Positions 1-9,445 of a stretch of DNA of 33,637 nucleotides are shown here, in pieces. The DNA comes from Candidatus Hikarchaeia archaeon HikBin4 (GTDB taxonomy: Archaea; Halobacteriota; Halobacteria; Halobacteriales; Hikarchaeaceae), in contig WTZT01000001.1 in assembly GCA_009889685.1 (NCBI GenBank), positions 1 through 33,637 on the forward strand. Direction: 5' to 3'. Both the position numbers and the translations under genes were made by a program. How positions within the stretch are numbered: position 1 is the stretch's first letter; every line of letters starts with the position of its first letter. The notes beneath the pieces were generated by a model. The model worked only from the letters and a program-made list of their open reading frames with translations, made no database searches and was not told the DNA's origin.

Positions 1-1104
1 AATATAAACCATGGAAACGGGGTTCACCTCTACACTGTAGACGGAACTAAATATCTAGATTTGGGAGCTAGTTACGCTTGTGTCCCCGCGGGGCATAACC
101 ATCCCCACATAATTTCAGCAATACAAACCCAACTAGAAAAACTATCTTATGTTCAAGGCTCTTATCCCCTCTCTATCCGCGATGATTTTTACGAAAAATT
201 GGTCCAAATTTCTCCCGGAAACATCCAAAATGTATGGCTTTGTAATTCTGGAACTGAAGCCAATGAAGCTGCCATAAAATTCGCTCGTCACGCGACACAG
301 AGGTCTCAGATCATTTCAACAAGACAAGCTTTCCATGGCCGTACTATGGGGTCTCTCTCTGCTACTTGGAAACCAACTTATAAGAAAGGGTTTGGACCAC
401 TCATTCCCGACTTCGACTTCGTTACTTTTGGAGACATCGAATCTCTAACAGATAGTATATCCGAAGATACTGCTGCTGTTATTGTCGAACCAATTCAAGG
501 TGAAGGCGGTGTAAATCTCCCCCCATCTAACTATCTACAAGAAGTTAGAAAAGCCACTGAAGAAGTCGGCGCAGCTATGATTCTCGATGAAATCCAAACT
601 GGTCTTGGAAGGACCGGTTCATTTTGGAATTGCAATCAGACCAATGTCGTCCCCGATATACTTACTTCTGCAAAAGGAATGGCAAGCGGACTTCCAATCG
701 GAGTGACTCTATGCAAAGATTGGATTGCCGAAAATCCTGGGGATCATGGAAGTACTTTTAGCGGAGGGCCCGTTATTTGCGCCGCTGGAAATGCTACCAT
801 AGACGTCATCATAAATGAGAATTTACCAGAAAACGCGTCCAAAATTGGTTCGTACCTACTCAAAGAATTAAAAGATACTATTGGATCAAAAACACGTGAT
901 ATACGTGGTTCTGGCCTATTACTCGGAATAGAAGTAAAACGTGGATCTGGTCCCATCCTCACCAAACTCGCAAAAGACCATGGGATTCTAGCATTGCCTG
1001 CAGGAAAAACCGTGGTCCGAATTTTACCTCCTTTAACCATAAATCGTTCTCATGCAGATGATTTTATATTAGCAATGAATGATCTCTCAGAGGACGTGCT
1101 ATGA
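1..1104 (+). CDS. argD: Class-III PLP aminotransferase, acetylornithine / LysW-glutamate-semialdehyde aminotransferase type. The 5' end is cut by the window edge.
   Basis: Frame 1 is open from base 1 (NINHGNGVHLYTVDGTKYLDLGASY...), upstream of the TTG listed in the ORF track. Motifs: CNSGTEANEAA, EPIQGEGGV, ILDEIQTGLGRTG, TSAKGMASG (PLP lysine). ATGA overlap with the next gene at 1101-1104. Confidence 0.9.
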   Translation, partial: NINHGNGVHLYTVDGTKYLDLGASYACVPAGHNHPHIISAIQTQLEKLSYVQGSYPLSIRDDFYEKLVQISPGNIQNVWLCNSGTEANEAAIKFARHATQRSQIISTRQAFHGRTMGSLSATWKPTYKKGFGPLIPDFDFVTFGDIESLTDSISEDTAAVIVEPIQGEGGVNLPPSNYLQEVRKATEEVGAAMILDEIQTGLGRTGSFWNCNQTNVVPDILTSAKGMASGLPIGVTLCKDWIAENPGDHGSTFSGGPVICAAGNATIDVIINENLPENASKIGSYLLKELKDTIGSKTRDIRGSGLLLGIEVKRGSGPILTKLAKDHGILALPAGKTVVRILPPLTINRSHADDFILAMNDLSEDVL

Positions 1105-2171
1105 GTTCTAAATGGAGTAAAAAAGAAGCAAAATCTTTACTTTTAGATTTGGTATCTACACCTTCTTACTCAGGACAAGAAACACAATGTGCAGAAAAAC
1201 TAATAGACTTTTTCCAAACTCACCAAAGAGAGGCTTGGATAGACGAAGCCGGAAATGTGCATTCTCCTTTAAATGATGCAGTACTTCTAACTTCTCACAT
1301 GGATACTGTACCTGGGTATATCCCTGTCAAAATAGACGGAGATGTACTTTGGGGCCGTGGCTCTGTGGATGCAAAAGGACCCCTCTCTACTATGGCAATT
1401 TCCGCAGTCACCACCGGAGTAAGTTTTGTGGGAGTCGTCAGTGAAGAGCACAACTCATACGGGGCAAGACATTTAGTCCAAACCCGGACATCTATCCCTG
1501 ATCATGTGATCAATGGGGAGCCCAGTGGGTGGGATGGCATTACCCTTGGATATCGAGGCCTACTCAACGGAACGTATGTGGCAACAAGTAGATCTGGCCA
1601 CACTTCTCGCCCCGAAAAAAATGCTCTCCAAAATGCAATAGATTGGTGGTCCACCGTCGAATCACGTTTTAACGCAGACGATTGGCCTTCTGAGTTTCCA
1701 CAGACAACTCTTGAAAATTCCATTTTCGAACAAGTTACTCCCAAGCCTATTACAATAAATGGTGGTATCAGCGAAGATGGACTTTCTGTAGAAGTCACTT
1801 TTGACGTTCAATTCCGTGTCCCCCCCAATTTATCTGTAGACGAGGTCCGTGAAATAGCAGATAACGAATTAACTACTGGATCCGTTCGTTGGAAAGACAT
1901 GGTCAATCCAGTCATGATGAGTGCTAGAACTCCTCCAGCAAGGGCATTCCGCACAGCAATACGAAAGTTTGGAGGAATTCCTAGACAATTACGCAAAACT
2001 GGAACCAGTGACATGAACATTTATTCCGAATCGTGGGATGTTCCCATGGTTACATATGGGCCTGGAGATTCTTCACTCGATCATGCACCCGACGAACGAA
2101 TTTCAATACCCGAATTTTACCTTAGCGTAGATGTTCTCAACCACGTTTGCAAACGATTATCAAAATTATGA
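1101..2171 (+). CDS. argE: M20-family deacylase, acetylornithine deacetylase / [LysW]-lysine(ornithine) hydrolase type
   Basis: Motifs: SHMDTVPG, WGRGSVDAKGP, VSEEHNS, and C-terminal GPGDSSLDHAPDE. It sits between argD and argF with ATGA overlaps on both sides. Confidence 0.8.
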   Translation: MSSKWSKKEAKSLLLDLVSTPSYSGQETQCAEKLIDFFQTHQREAWIDEAGNVHSPLNDAVLLTSHMDTVPGYIPVKIDGDVLWGRGSVDAKGPLSTMAISAVTTGVSFVGVVSEEHNSYGARHLVQTRTSIPDHVINGEPSGWDGITLGYRGLLNGTYVATSRSGHTSRPEKNALQNAIDWWSTVESRFNADDWPSEFPQTTLENSIFEQVTPKPITINGGISEDGLSVEVTFDVQFRVPPNLSVDEVREIADNELTTGSVRWKDMVNPVMMSARTPPARAFRTAIRKFGGIPRQLRKTGTSDMNIYSESWDVPMVTYGPGDSSLDHAPDERISIPEFYLSVDVLNHVCKRLSKL

Positions 2172-3085
2172 CCCACTTATTAGACATAGACGATTTAACT
2201 AAAACGGATATAGATTCCATTTTAAAACTCTCAAAAGAACTAAAACAGTCTCACACTGATGGCAACGTTCCACCTCTACTTTATGGAAAAACACTATCTA
2301 TGTTGTTCCAAAAACCTAGCACTCGCACACGTGTTTCTTTTGAAGTCGGGATGAATATGCTTGGGGGAAATGCAATAACATTTGATTTATCTCAACTACA
2401 ATTAAGTAGGGGCGAAACACTTTCTGACACTACAAAATCCCTTTCTCTTTATGTAGACGCCATTTTAGCAAGAGTCACTGACCATTCTCTCTTAGAACAA
2501 TTATCTTCCACATCTAAAATTCCCATTATTAATGGTTTGTCGGACAAATCCCATCCCTGCCAAGCCCTAGCAGATTTGTTAACTATTCACGAGAATTTTG
2601 GCACATTTGATATCCAAGCCACGTGGGTTGGAGATGGCAATAATGTCGCAAATTCCTTCGCACGAGCATGTTCTATTATGGGGATCGATCTCGTTATAGC
2701 CACTCCCAAAGGGTATGAGCTTTCCTCTGAGACTTTATCTAAAATAGAATCTTCTGACATTTCCTTTTCTACTACAAATGATCCCAAAGAAGCAGTTACA
2801 GAAGCCGATGTCGTGTACACTGATACGTGGGTTAGTATGGGCGATGAATCTACAAGAAAAAAACGTTTATCTGACTTCAATGGTTTCCAAATAAACTCCA
2901 CCTTATTAAGCAAAACCGAAGCTTTAGTTATGCATTGTTTGCCTGCACACAGAAACGAAGAAATTTCTACAGATATACTTGATGGGGACCGATCTTTAGT
3001 CTGGACTCAGGCAGAAAATAGACTACATGCGCAAAATGGATTGTTGGTTCATTTACTCAATCCTATTCAGGACCTTCTGAAATAA
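2168..3085 (+). CDS. argF: Ornithine carbamoyltransferase
   Basis: Motifs: STRTRVSFE, HPCQALADL, HCLPAHR. I prefer the ATG at 2168 (MTHLLDIDDL) over the TTG at 2147 because it forms an ATGA overlap with the argE stop. Confidence 0.92.
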   Translation: MTHLLDIDDLTKTDIDSILKLSKELKQSHTDGNVPPLLYGKTLSMLFQKPSTRTRVSFEVGMNMLGGNAITFDLSQLQLSRGETLSDTTKSLSLYVDAILARVTDHSLLEQLSSTSKIPIINGLSDKSHPCQALADLLTIHENFGTFDIQATWVGDGNNVANSFARACSIMGIDLVIATPKGYELSSETLSKIESSDISFSTTNDPKEAVTEADVVYTDTWVSMGDESTRKKRLSDFNGFQINSTLLSKTEALVMHCLPAHRNEEISTDILDGDRSLVWTQAENRLHAQNGLLVHLLNPIQDLLK

Positions 3086-3218
3086 AACCAAGTCCTCCAT
3101 CTCAACTTATCAGCTCATAGAAACTTTTGGTATTTGGACTTAAATTTCTTACAATATCCTACATTGCTAATAAAACTTAACCCGATGAGTTTAATTCCAG
3201 TTCAAAGGTACTCCGAAT

Positions 3219-4385
3219 ATGGTCGAAGATTTTTTGATGCTAAACCCAGGACCTGTACCTCTCTCAAAAAATGTAAGAGACGAAATGGCCCGTACATTAG
3301 TTTCTCATAGGTCCTCCGAGTTCGCAGAAACATATCAACAATTTAGGGACGGTCTGGACTATGTGTTTCAATATTCTACAGTTGATGGGAGTTCTAGTAA
3401 CGATAACGGAATGAGTATACCACTTATGGGGACTGCAACCATGGGGATGGAAGCCGCAATCACCAATCTAGCTGGTCCAAAAGATGAAGTAGTTGCACTA
3501 GATAATGGAAAATTCGGAGAACGTTTTGTAGACATAGCAGATCGGAATTGTTTGGTCAAACCCATCCGGGCAAACTGGGGAGATTCTTTTGACATGGATT
3601 CTATCAAAGAAACAATTACTCCCAATACTCATGTAGTCGCAATGGTCCACCAAGATACTTCCACAGGAATCATGAACCCTGTTAAAGAGGTCGGAGAAAT
3701 CGCGAAAGAAAATGGGGCATTTTTCGTGGTAGATGGTGTTTCTTGTATTGGGGGGGATGAGTTTAAAATCGACGAGTGGGGCGTAGATGTAGTAGTCGCT
3801 GATGCACAAAAAGCGTTAGCAGCTCCTCCTGGTATCAGCGCAATTTTTGCCACTGAAAACGCACTTGAATCCTTCGATAATGCCCATGCTGGGTATTATC
3901 AAGATTTACCTGCGTATGTCAAAACGACAAAACAAAACAAAACACCATTCACTAGTGCTGTACCTATAGTACGCGCCTTCGTAGTCGCACTAGAGAACAT
4001 AAAAAAAGAAGGAATCCAAAACAGAATCTCCCGTCACCGAACACAAGCCCAAGCAAACCGTGAAGCATTAGCAAATATGGGGCTTCCTATGTTTCCAAAT
4101 TTAAATGATTACAGCAATTACGCAAATACAGTAACCGTTGTCAATCTACCTGATACTATCTCTAGTAATCCTTCGGATCTATTCAATGCAATAAAACAAA
4201 GAAATGTTGCTATCAGCGGGGGGCACGCACATCTAAAAGATCTCATCTTACGTATATCTAACATGGGAGACCTTTCCACTACACAAGTACTTCGTGGAAT
4301 CCAAACTATTGGTGAAGCCTTATGCGATTGTGGGGTTGATGTGGATATCGATTCTGCTCTTGATATCGCAGAAAAAATACTATGA
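3219..4385 (+). CDS. Class-V PLP aminotransferase (serine-pyruvate / phosphoserine aminotransferase-like)
   Basis: N-terminal LMLNPGPVPLS and the DAQKALAAPPG PLP-lysine motif. The length (388 aa) is typical. It lies next to serB and serA. Confidence 0.8.
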   Translation: MVEDFLMLNPGPVPLSKNVRDEMARTLVSHRSSEFAETYQQFRDGLDYVFQYSTVDGSSSNDNGMSIPLMGTATMGMEAAITNLAGPKDEVVALDNGKFGERFVDIADRNCLVKPIRANWGDSFDMDSIKETITPNTHVVAMVHQDTSTGIMNPVKEVGEIAKENGAFFVVDGVSCIGGDEFKIDEWGVDVVVADAQKALAAPPGISAIFATENALESFDNAHAGYYQDLPAYVKTTKQNKTPFTSAVPIVRAFVVALENIKKEGIQNRISRHRTQAQANREALANMGLPMFPNLNDYSNYANTVTVVNLPDTISSNPSDLFNAIKQRNVAISGGHAHLKDLILRISNMGDLSTTQVLRGIQTIGEALCDCGVDVDIDSALDIAEKIL

Positions 4386-4409
4386 CCTCTATATACTTTC
4401 TCAATAAAA

Positions 4410-4462
4410 ATACGTAATTATCAGTTATATTTATTCAAATAATTATACGTAATAGTTATATT
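4410..4462. promoter_or_regulatory. Tandem bipartite motif ATACGTAAT-(0 or 4 nt)-AGTTATATT, present twice in the AT-rich metX upstream region
   Basis: Copy 1 is 4410-4418 plus 4423-4431 (TATC spacer). Copy 2 is 4445-4453 plus 4454-4462 (no spacer). The copies start 35 bp apart, and each contains the palindrome TACGTA. Confidence 0.3.
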
Positions 4463-4516
4463 ACCCCGCATAAATATACATAACACAAAACTTTGATCTA
4501 CAAAGGAGAGAACACC

Positions 4517-5734
4517 ATGAACATCACAAGAGATACCGTGGATTTAGGCGAATTCACATTTACATGCGGCGAATCCATTTCAAATCTGGAGCTGGCATAC
4601 GAAACCTATGGTGAATTCACTGGGGATAATGCCATCTTAGTCTGCCACGCACTAACTGGCAGTACACACATCGCTGGTCATCACCGAACCGATACTACTG
4701 GCCAAGCACGTGCATGGTGGGACACGATGGTTGGTCCTGGAAAGCCAATTGATACTACTGATTATTATGTCGTTTGTGTCAATCTAATTGGATCTTGTTA
4801 TGGTTCTTCCGGTCCTTCTTCCATTTCACCAGAAACTGGATCTCCTTATGCCACTACATTTCCCCCCGTCACTGTCACTGACTGGACCCATTCCCAAAGG
4901 ATGCTACTAGATCATATAGGAGTCGGTCGCTTGCACGCTGTTATTGGGGGTTCTGTAGGCGGCATGAATACTTTGGAATGGGCCAAAATTTACCCCGACG
5001 ACGTCAATAAAATCATACCCATTGCAACTGCCGCAAGGTTAGATTCTCAATGTATCGCCTTGGATTCCATAGCAAGTAGAGCTATCACTGGGGATCCAAA
5101 TTGGAATGGGGGAAATTACTACGGTTCTACTCTCCCCTATCATGGATTGGCACAAGCAAGAAGAATTGGTCATGTAATGTATCTTTCAAAACAATCAATG
5201 CTAGCCAAATTTGGCAGACGATCTGCTGGAAGGGATTCACTCTATGACTTTTCACCATCCGATCAGGCAGCAGCATTCTTCCCCTACACTGAAGTCGAAT
5301 CCTATTTGGATTATAATTCTGAAAAATTCACAACTAGATTCGATCCTAATAGCTATCTCTACCTACTCCGTGCGATGGATAATTATGATTTATCTTCTGG
5401 ATATGACTCTGATTTTGATTCAATTTCTGCATTCACAGGAGAAGTTTTGTTGATATCTTTCACTGGGGATTGGCATTTTCCTAGTGCTGCATCCGAAGAT
5501 TTAGCGTGCTCTTTCAGAGATGCCAATATCAACACGGTCCACCATGTCATTGATTCTCCATATGGCCACGATGCGTTTCTCGTAGAGCCAAATAGTGTCG
5601 GTCCTCCTATCTCTGGATTCCTCTCCGATGGAATAAATTCAAGTTCAGTTAACGACACACTATCTGAACACCGCGATTTTCAACCATTGAAAAATAAATT
5701 CGCCCCTGTTCATAACAGCCTTTTTTCCAGTTAA
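4517..5734 (+). CDS. metX: Homoserine O-acetyltransferase
   Basis: Motifs: LVCHALTGS and the GGSVGGMNTLEW nucleophile elbow, with a C-terminal SPYGHDAFL. The ATG at 4517 is preceded by GGAGAG at 4505-4510; the TTG at 4493 is less likely. Confidence 0.9.
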   Translation: MNITRDTVDLGEFTFTCGESISNLELAYETYGEFTGDNAILVCHALTGSTHIAGHHRTDTTGQARAWWDTMVGPGKPIDTTDYYVVCVNLIGSCYGSSGPSSISPETGSPYATTFPPVTVTDWTHSQRMLLDHIGVGRLHAVIGGSVGGMNTLEWAKIYPDDVNKIIPIATAARLDSQCIALDSIASRAITGDPNWNGGNYYGSTLPYHGLAQARRIGHVMYLSKQSMLAKFGRRSAGRDSLYDFSPSDQAAAFFPYTEVESYLDYNSEKFTTRFDPNSYLYLLRAMDNYDLSSGYDSDFDSISAFTGEVLLISFTGDWHFPSAASEDLACSFRDANINTVHHVIDSPYGHDAFLVEPNSVGPPISGFLSDGINSSSVNDTLSEHRDFQPLKNKFAPVHNSLFSS

Positions 5735-5740
5735 TTCCTC

Positions 5741-6376
5741 TTATAAAACGTTTTTTTCTGTTAGTATTTCTCTCAATTCCTCTACATTCTCCACAATCAC
5801 ATCGCAATATTCTTTCACAATTTCTTTTGGTTTAAACCCAATCGCTAAACCAGCTATTTCTAACATGGGAATGTCATTACCCCCATCACCAATGGCAACC
5901 ACTTCCCCGATTGGTATTTTTGCCATTGTGCAAATCTTCTCTAGAGCATCCCTTTTTGATTTATGAATAAATTCTCCTCTCACTTTTCCCGTAAGACATC
6001 CTTTATCTACCAAAAGATCATTCGCAACAATCCAATCTACACTTACATTCGAATTTTCTAGTGCTCTTTCTACTCCTTCTGAAAATCCCCCTGTTATGAT
6101 TGCAATTTTTATATTTTTTTCTTTTAAATTTTCTAATAATTCCCCCATTCCTGGGCGTAAATATGTATTCCGGTAAACCTTATCTGCATCATCTTTCGAG
6201 ATGCCTTTTAACAAATCCGTCCGTAAATAGAGACTCTCGTCAAAAGTTATTTCGCCCCTCATTGACCTTTCTGTAATTTCACTTATTAGGGACCTGTAAC
6301 CCACTTTTGTAGCTAATTCGACTATCATCTCACCTTCTGATAATGTCCCATCGAAGTCAAACGCAACAAGCTGCAC
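5741..6376 (-). CDS. serB: Phosphoserine phosphatase (HAD family)
   Basis: Motifs: VAFDFDGTL (DxDxT), ITGGF, IGDGGNDIPML. GTG start. It is divergent from serA. Confidence 0.85.
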   Translation of the reverse strand: MQLVAFDFDGTLSEGEMIVELATKVGYRSLISEITERSMRGEITFDESLYLRTDLLKGISKDDADKVYRNTYLRPGMGELLENLKEKNIKIAIITGGFSEGVERALENSNVSVDWIVANDLLVDKGCLTGKVRGEFIHKSKRDALEKICTMAKIPIGEVVAIGDGGNDIPMLEIAGLAIGFKPKEIVKEYCDVIVENVEELREILTEKNVL

Positions 6377-6394
6377 AACACTTTCCAGGTCTCT

Positions 6395-6409
6395 TTATAT
6401 ATATATTTT
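6395..6409 (-). promoter_or_regulatory. TATA element for a leaderless serB transcript
   Basis: The TTTATATATATATTT block is centred about 26 nt upstream of the serB GTG at 6376. Confidence 0.45.
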
Positions 6410-6442
6410 CTTAAAACTCCGCATTGCTTCCATAAGAAAGCG

Positions 6443-6450
6443 TTAATAAT
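6443..6450 (+). promoter_or_regulatory. TATA element for a leaderless serA transcript
   Basis: TTAATAAT is centred about 26 nt upstream of the serA ATG at 6473. Confidence 0.45.
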
Positions 6451-6472
6451 CGTCGACTAGTTTTCCCAAGTC

Positions 6473-8053
6473 ATGAAGGTCATAGTAGCAGAACCTATTG
6501 ACAACTCTGGATTGGACCTTCTCAAAGAAGCTGGCCATGAAGTTGAATTGGCATATAATTCCACCGAAACAGAACTTTTGGATCTGATTAAAACTGCTAG
6601 TGGACTAATAGTTAGGTCTGGCACTTCTGTCACTAGAACGTTAATTGAGGCCGCACCAAACCTCATTATCGTTGGACGTGCTGGGGTTGGCATCGATAAT
6701 ATTGACCTAGATGCAGCTTCTGACAATGGTGTTATAGTTGTGAACGCGCCAGAAGGAAACATACTCGCAGCAGCTGAACATACCGTTGCAATGACATTTG
6801 CAATAGCAAGAAAAATCCCCCAAGCCCATATTTCTCTTAATGCGGGAAAATGGGAGAAGAAAAATTTCATTGGGTTAGAGCTTAATGGCAAAACCGCAGG
6901 AATAGTAGGATTGGGGAGAGTTGGCCAGGAAGTTGCTAAGAGATTTCTTTCACTTGGAATGAATATCGTGGCATTCGACCCCTATATTTCTCAAGAACGG
7001 GCAGACCAACTTGGAATCACTTTATCAGACTTATCTACTTGTATGGTCCAAGCAGACGTCTTGACAATCCACACTCCCCTCACTCCCGAAACAAAAGATC
7101 TCATTGGGAAAGAAGAACTCAAAAAATTAAAAGGCGGTTATCTAATCAACTGTGCACGAGGCGGGATAGTCAATGAACTAGCATTAGCAGAAGCGATTTC
7201 GAATGGCGTTCTTGCAGGCGCCGCGATAGATGTTTTTTCCGAAGAACCTGTTTCTCCTGATAATCCACTTCTTGGCCTACAAAATGTTATTGTTACCCCC
7301 CATCTCGGGGCCAGCACAGAAGCTGCACAAGAAAACGTTTCTCTTGATGTAACCAAACAAGTAATCGCAGCATTAAGTGGAAATCCCGTTGAAAATTCCC
7401 TTAACTCTCCTTCCATTGACGAGGCAACTTTCTCAAAAATATACCCCTACATTGGTCTTATAGAAACTGCAGGCAATCTTGCCATTCAATTACTCGCAAA
7501 ACCCGTTACTTCTATTGAGTTAACATATTCTGGAGAGATTGCATCTCTAGATGTCAGCATTGTCACGGCAAGTGCACTAAAAGGTGTTTTTACTTCACTC
7601 GAGTGGAGAATTAACTCCGTAAATGCCCTCCGCGTAGCACAGGAGCGTGGGGTTAGTATTCAAGAGAATAAAAACCCTCATATAGATGGTTTCCAAAGCT
7701 TAGTCTCTGTCACTCTTCGAAGCAATGACAAATCCATATGTGTAGAATGCACAGTTTTCGCCAATGATGACCCCCGAATTGTCAGCATAGATGGTTTTCG
7801 AATCGATGCAATTCCTTCTGGTCATGTGCTCATATCTCGAAGTATAGACTCCCCCGGTGTTATCGGATTTATAGGCACTGTTCTGGGTGAGCATAAAATA
7901 AATATTGCGGCAATGTTTAACTCTAGAGAAAATATTGGCGGCAGTGCACTCACCGTCTATAACATAGACGATCCAATCTCCGAAGATATCCATAAACAAC
8001 TGAAATCTGATGATCGTATTACTGATATTTACTACATTTCTCTAACTAAATGA
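6473..8053 (+). CDS. serA: D-3-phosphoglycerate dehydrogenase, long form with a C-terminal ACT domain
   Basis: GIVGLGRVGQEVA Rossmann motif, NCARGG, TPHLGAST, and a C-terminal ACT-like segment (SPGVIGFIGTVLGEHKINIA). 526 aa. Confidence 0.92.
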   Translation: MKVIVAEPIDNSGLDLLKEAGHEVELAYNSTETELLDLIKTASGLIVRSGTSVTRTLIEAAPNLIIVGRAGVGIDNIDLDAASDNGVIVVNAPEGNILAAAEHTVAMTFAIARKIPQAHISLNAGKWEKKNFIGLELNGKTAGIVGLGRVGQEVAKRFLSLGMNIVAFDPYISQERADQLGITLSDLSTCMVQADVLTIHTPLTPETKDLIGKEELKKLKGGYLINCARGGIVNELALAEAISNGVLAGAAIDVFSEEPVSPDNPLLGLQNVIVTPHLGASTEAAQENVSLDVTKQVIAALSGNPVENSLNSPSIDEATFSKIYPYIGLIETAGNLAIQLLAKPVTSIELTYSGEIASLDVSIVTASALKGVFTSLEWRINSVNALRVAQERGVSIQENKNPHIDGFQSLVSVTLRSNDKSICVECTVFANDDPRIVSIDGFRIDAIPSGHVLISRSIDSPGVIGFIGTVLGEHKINIAAMFNSRENIGGSALTVYNIDDPISEDIHKQLKSDDRITDIYYISLTK

Positions 8054-8063
8054 ACAAATGTTT

Positions 8064-9329
8064 TTAGTTTAAAATAACCCGCATAACTTCTTCCACATTT
8101 GCGGGAACTTCTTTCGGAGCCTCTCTCGAAAGACTTGCAGCATCTGGATCTTTTAGCAATGTTCCTGTAGCTAAACAAACAACGTATTCTTCTTTCTTTA
8201 TCACTCCGCTAGAACGCAGTTTCCTCAACCCTGCAACCGAAGCAGCAGAAGCAGGTTCCACTCCAATTCCTTCTTCTGCCAATTCACATTGAGCTGCTAA
8301 TATTTCTTTATCTGAAACAGTTATAGCAGTCCCTCTGGTATTCCTTATGGCTGGAAGTGCTTTCGGAGCATTCACTGGATTTCCAATCCTAATCGCAGTC
8401 GCTCTTGTTTCTACACTTGGCCACCTCTGCACCTTATCATATCCATTTTGTATTGCTTCAACAATAGGTGCGGCCCCTTCCGCCTGTATTGCTGTGATTT
8501 TTGGTACCTCTTCTACTTTAAGAGCCCCACTAGCCACTAATTCTCTAAAACCTTTGTACAATGCTGCTGCATTCCCAGCATTACCTACTGGCAATACAAT
8601 TCTGTCTGGATATCTACCTACTTCTTCTAGCGACTGTTCAAGTATTTCAAATCCAATAGTTTTCTGACCTTCCAATCGAAATGGGTTTACAGAGTTCAAT
8701 ACATAAACCTCACCTTCCTCTGCTAGCTTAGTAACAATGTCAAGACATTCATCGAAATTTGCATCTAACTGTAATACTTTTGCACCGTGCAAACTCGCTT
8801 GAGCAATCTTCCCCAATGCAACCTGACCTGCGGGAAGCAAGACAATTACTTCTAAACCCGCCCTCGATCCATAAGCTGCCAAAGACGCACTAGTATTCCC
8901 TGTTGAAGCACAAGCCAGCCTTTTCGCACCCAATTCTTGAGCTACCCTGACTCCCACCGTCATTCCCCTATCTTTGAAACTCCCTGTTGGATTCATTCCC
9001 TCATGTTTAATCCTCAAAGCTTCTACGCCGACATCAGATTCTATTCTTGGCACTGTATATAGTGGAGTATTTCCTTCTTTTATGCTAACTCCCATCTCAA
9101 ACGGTAATGAAGCCTTATACCGCCAAACACCACTCCCTGAAAAATCTTCAAATGTTGGAAGGTTTTCATATCTTACTTCCAATAATCCTCTGCACTTTTG
9201 GCATCTATATATCACAAAATCGAATGGTGGATATGTTTTTCCACATTCAAAACAAGTTAACCAAACATCTCCTTTAATGGAACTAGGTTTGCTTTGCCCA
9301 ATATCTTCAATTGTTAGGTTTGCCATCAA
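8064..9329 (-). CDS. thrC: Threonine synthase with an N-terminal zinc ribbon
   Basis: CFECG...CQKCRG zinc ribbon, NPTGSFKDRG PLP-lysine motif, ASTGNTSAS. Confidence 0.9.
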   Translation of the reverse strand: MMANLTIEDIGQSKPSSIKGDVWLTCFECGKTYPPFDFVIYRCQKCRGLLEVRYENLPTFEDFSGSGVWRYKASLPFEMGVSIKEGNTPLYTVPRIESDVGVEALRIKHEGMNPTGSFKDRGMTVGVRVAQELGAKRLACASTGNTSASLAAYGSRAGLEVIVLLPAGQVALGKIAQASLHGAKVLQLDANFDECLDIVTKLAEEGEVYVLNSVNPFRLEGQKTIGFEILEQSLEEVGRYPDRIVLPVGNAGNAAALYKGFRELVASGALKVEEVPKITAIQAEGAAPIVEAIQNGYDKVQRWPSVETRATAIRIGNPVNAPKALPAIRNTRGTAITVSDKEILAAQCELAEEGIGVEPASAASVAGLRKLRSSGVIKKEEYVVCLATGTLLKDPDAASLSREAPKEVPANVEEVMRVILN

Positions 9330-9445
9330 TGATTCTTGATTGGTGCCCGCGGTGAAAAAAGGAGTGGTATATGCAACCTAACAATCTAACCTCTCTTAAC
9401 CCCCATCAAGATAGTTTCAAAAACCTCGGAAACATATATCTGCCA

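Noticed and set aside
3086-3218. The 133-bp gap after argF, considered as a site for a tRNA or small ncRNA.
   Set aside because: It is AT-rich with no acceptor-stem or T-arm-like GC pairing. The only structure is a weak 6-bp pairing (AAGTCC/GGACTT) across a loop of about 40 nt. It is more likely the promoter of the aminotransferase gene.
4386-4516. A possible SAM or other riboswitch ahead of metX.
   Set aside because: The region is only about 130 nt and extremely AT-rich. I could find no convincing conserved helices or GC-rich stems. As far as I know, SAM riboswitches have not been described in archaea. A protein-binding tandem motif is the better reading.
9371-9445. A longer UvrC start at the ATG at 9371.
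   Set aside because: The extra 25 residues are non-conserved. The start at 9446 puts the GIY-YIG motif at the usual distance from the N-terminus and leaves a realistic 116-bp divergent promoter region with thrC. The choice remains uncertain.
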